A DNA stretch of 64,000 bases from Prochlorococcus sp. AG-679-M23. Its GTDB lineage: Bacteria > Cyanobacteriota > Cyanobacteriia > PCC-6307 > Cyanobiaceae. This document shows positions 63,292-64,000 of this stretch, piece by piece (position 1 is the first letter of the stretch; each line of letters opens with the position of its first letter). The DNA is taken from the NCBI GenBank assembly GCA_003208875.1, contig QCUR01000002.1, positions 32,001 through 96,000 on the forward strand. Reading direction: 5' to 3'. The notes beneath the pieces were generated by a model. That model was not told where the DNA came from. It saw only the letters and a program-made list of their open reading frames with translations, and did no database searches. Made by a program: the position numbers and the translations under genes.

Positions 63292-63999
63292 TTATTTAAT
63301 TTTAATTTGAGAATTCAACTTATTATTTTTTTCTAAATAATCTAAAACTAATTTGGCTTTATTAATAACTTCTTTAGGAACTCCGGCTAACTTAGCGGCT
63401 TCAATACCATAACTTTTGTTCGCACCACCTTTTTCAATTTTATGACAAAAAAATAGTTCATTTTTCTTCTGTTTAACTAATACTTGAAAATTTTCTACGT
63501 TTGTATTTGTATTTTTGAGATAATTAAGTTCATGATAATGAGTAGCAAAGATCGTATTACATACAATTTTTTTTGCAAGATATTCACTTACTGACCATGC
63601 TATGGATAGTCCATCAAAAGTAGATGTCCCTCTTCCTATCTCATCAAGTAAGACAAGAGAATTTGATGTGGCTTGATTTAGTATTGATGCAGTCTCTGAC
63701 ATTTCTACCATGAATGTCGATTGTCCAGTTGATTGGTCATCTACGGCTCCAATTCTTGTAAATATTCGATCTACAATTTGAATATCTGCTTTGCTTGCAG
63801 GAACGAAGCTTCCAATTTGAGCTAGAATTTGTATTAGTCCTATTTGTCTAATAAAGCAACTCTTTCCACTTGCATTTGGACCAGTTAATATTATTAATTT
63901 TTGCTTATTATTAAACAAAATATCATTAGATATAAATTCTCTATTAGTTAATAGTTGTTCAACGATAGGATTTCGTCCTGCAACAATTTTTGTGCTTTG
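63292..63999 (-). CDS. mutS: DNA mismatch repair protein MutS, C-terminal part (5' end off window)
   Basis: Frame is open to the window edge (GRNPIVEQ), then [42 protein letters not shown]. Confidence 0.95.
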   Translation of the reverse strand, partial: QSTKIVAGRNPIVEQLLTNREFISNDILFNNKQKLIILTGPNASGKSCFIRQIGLIQILAQIGSFVPASKADIQIVDRIFTRIGAVDDQSTGQSTFMVEMSETASILNQATSNSLVLLDEIGRGTSTFDGLSIAWSVSEYLAKKIVCNTIFATHYHELNYLKNTNTNVENFQVLVKQKKNELFFCHKIEKGGANKSYGIEAAKLAGVPKEVINKAKLVLDYLEKNNKLNSQIKIK

Positions 64000-64000
64000 T

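Overview
Very AT-rich, extremely gene-dense core-genome segment of a marine picocyanobacterium, most consistent with high-light Prochlorococcus marinus (gene order matches my recollection of MED4-type strains; not verified by search). It runs from a partial acnB to a partial mutS and holds about 57 protein genes and one tRNA-Val(UAC). Functions include aromatic/folate/preQ0 biosynthesis, ppk, polyamines, glycine cleavage, sulfolipid/glycolipid synthesis, tRNA synthetases, replication and repair, and ClpXP/trigger factor. I found no CRISPR array, IS element, integrase, prophage or obvious genomic island, and no clearly novel multi-gene system. The best leads are: (1) a T4-phage-like ATP-dependent DNA ligase among core genes, beside a SprT-type protease; (2) an XRE-HTH-like hypothetical protein divergent from a delta-9 desaturase and heading a PLP enzyme-gcvH-gcvP run; (3) Arg-rich C-terminal tails on RNase J and on a disordered hypothetical protein; (4) a 72-bp tandem repeat inside dnaX; (5) an A-type Fe-S carrier homolog lacking one of the three family Cys.
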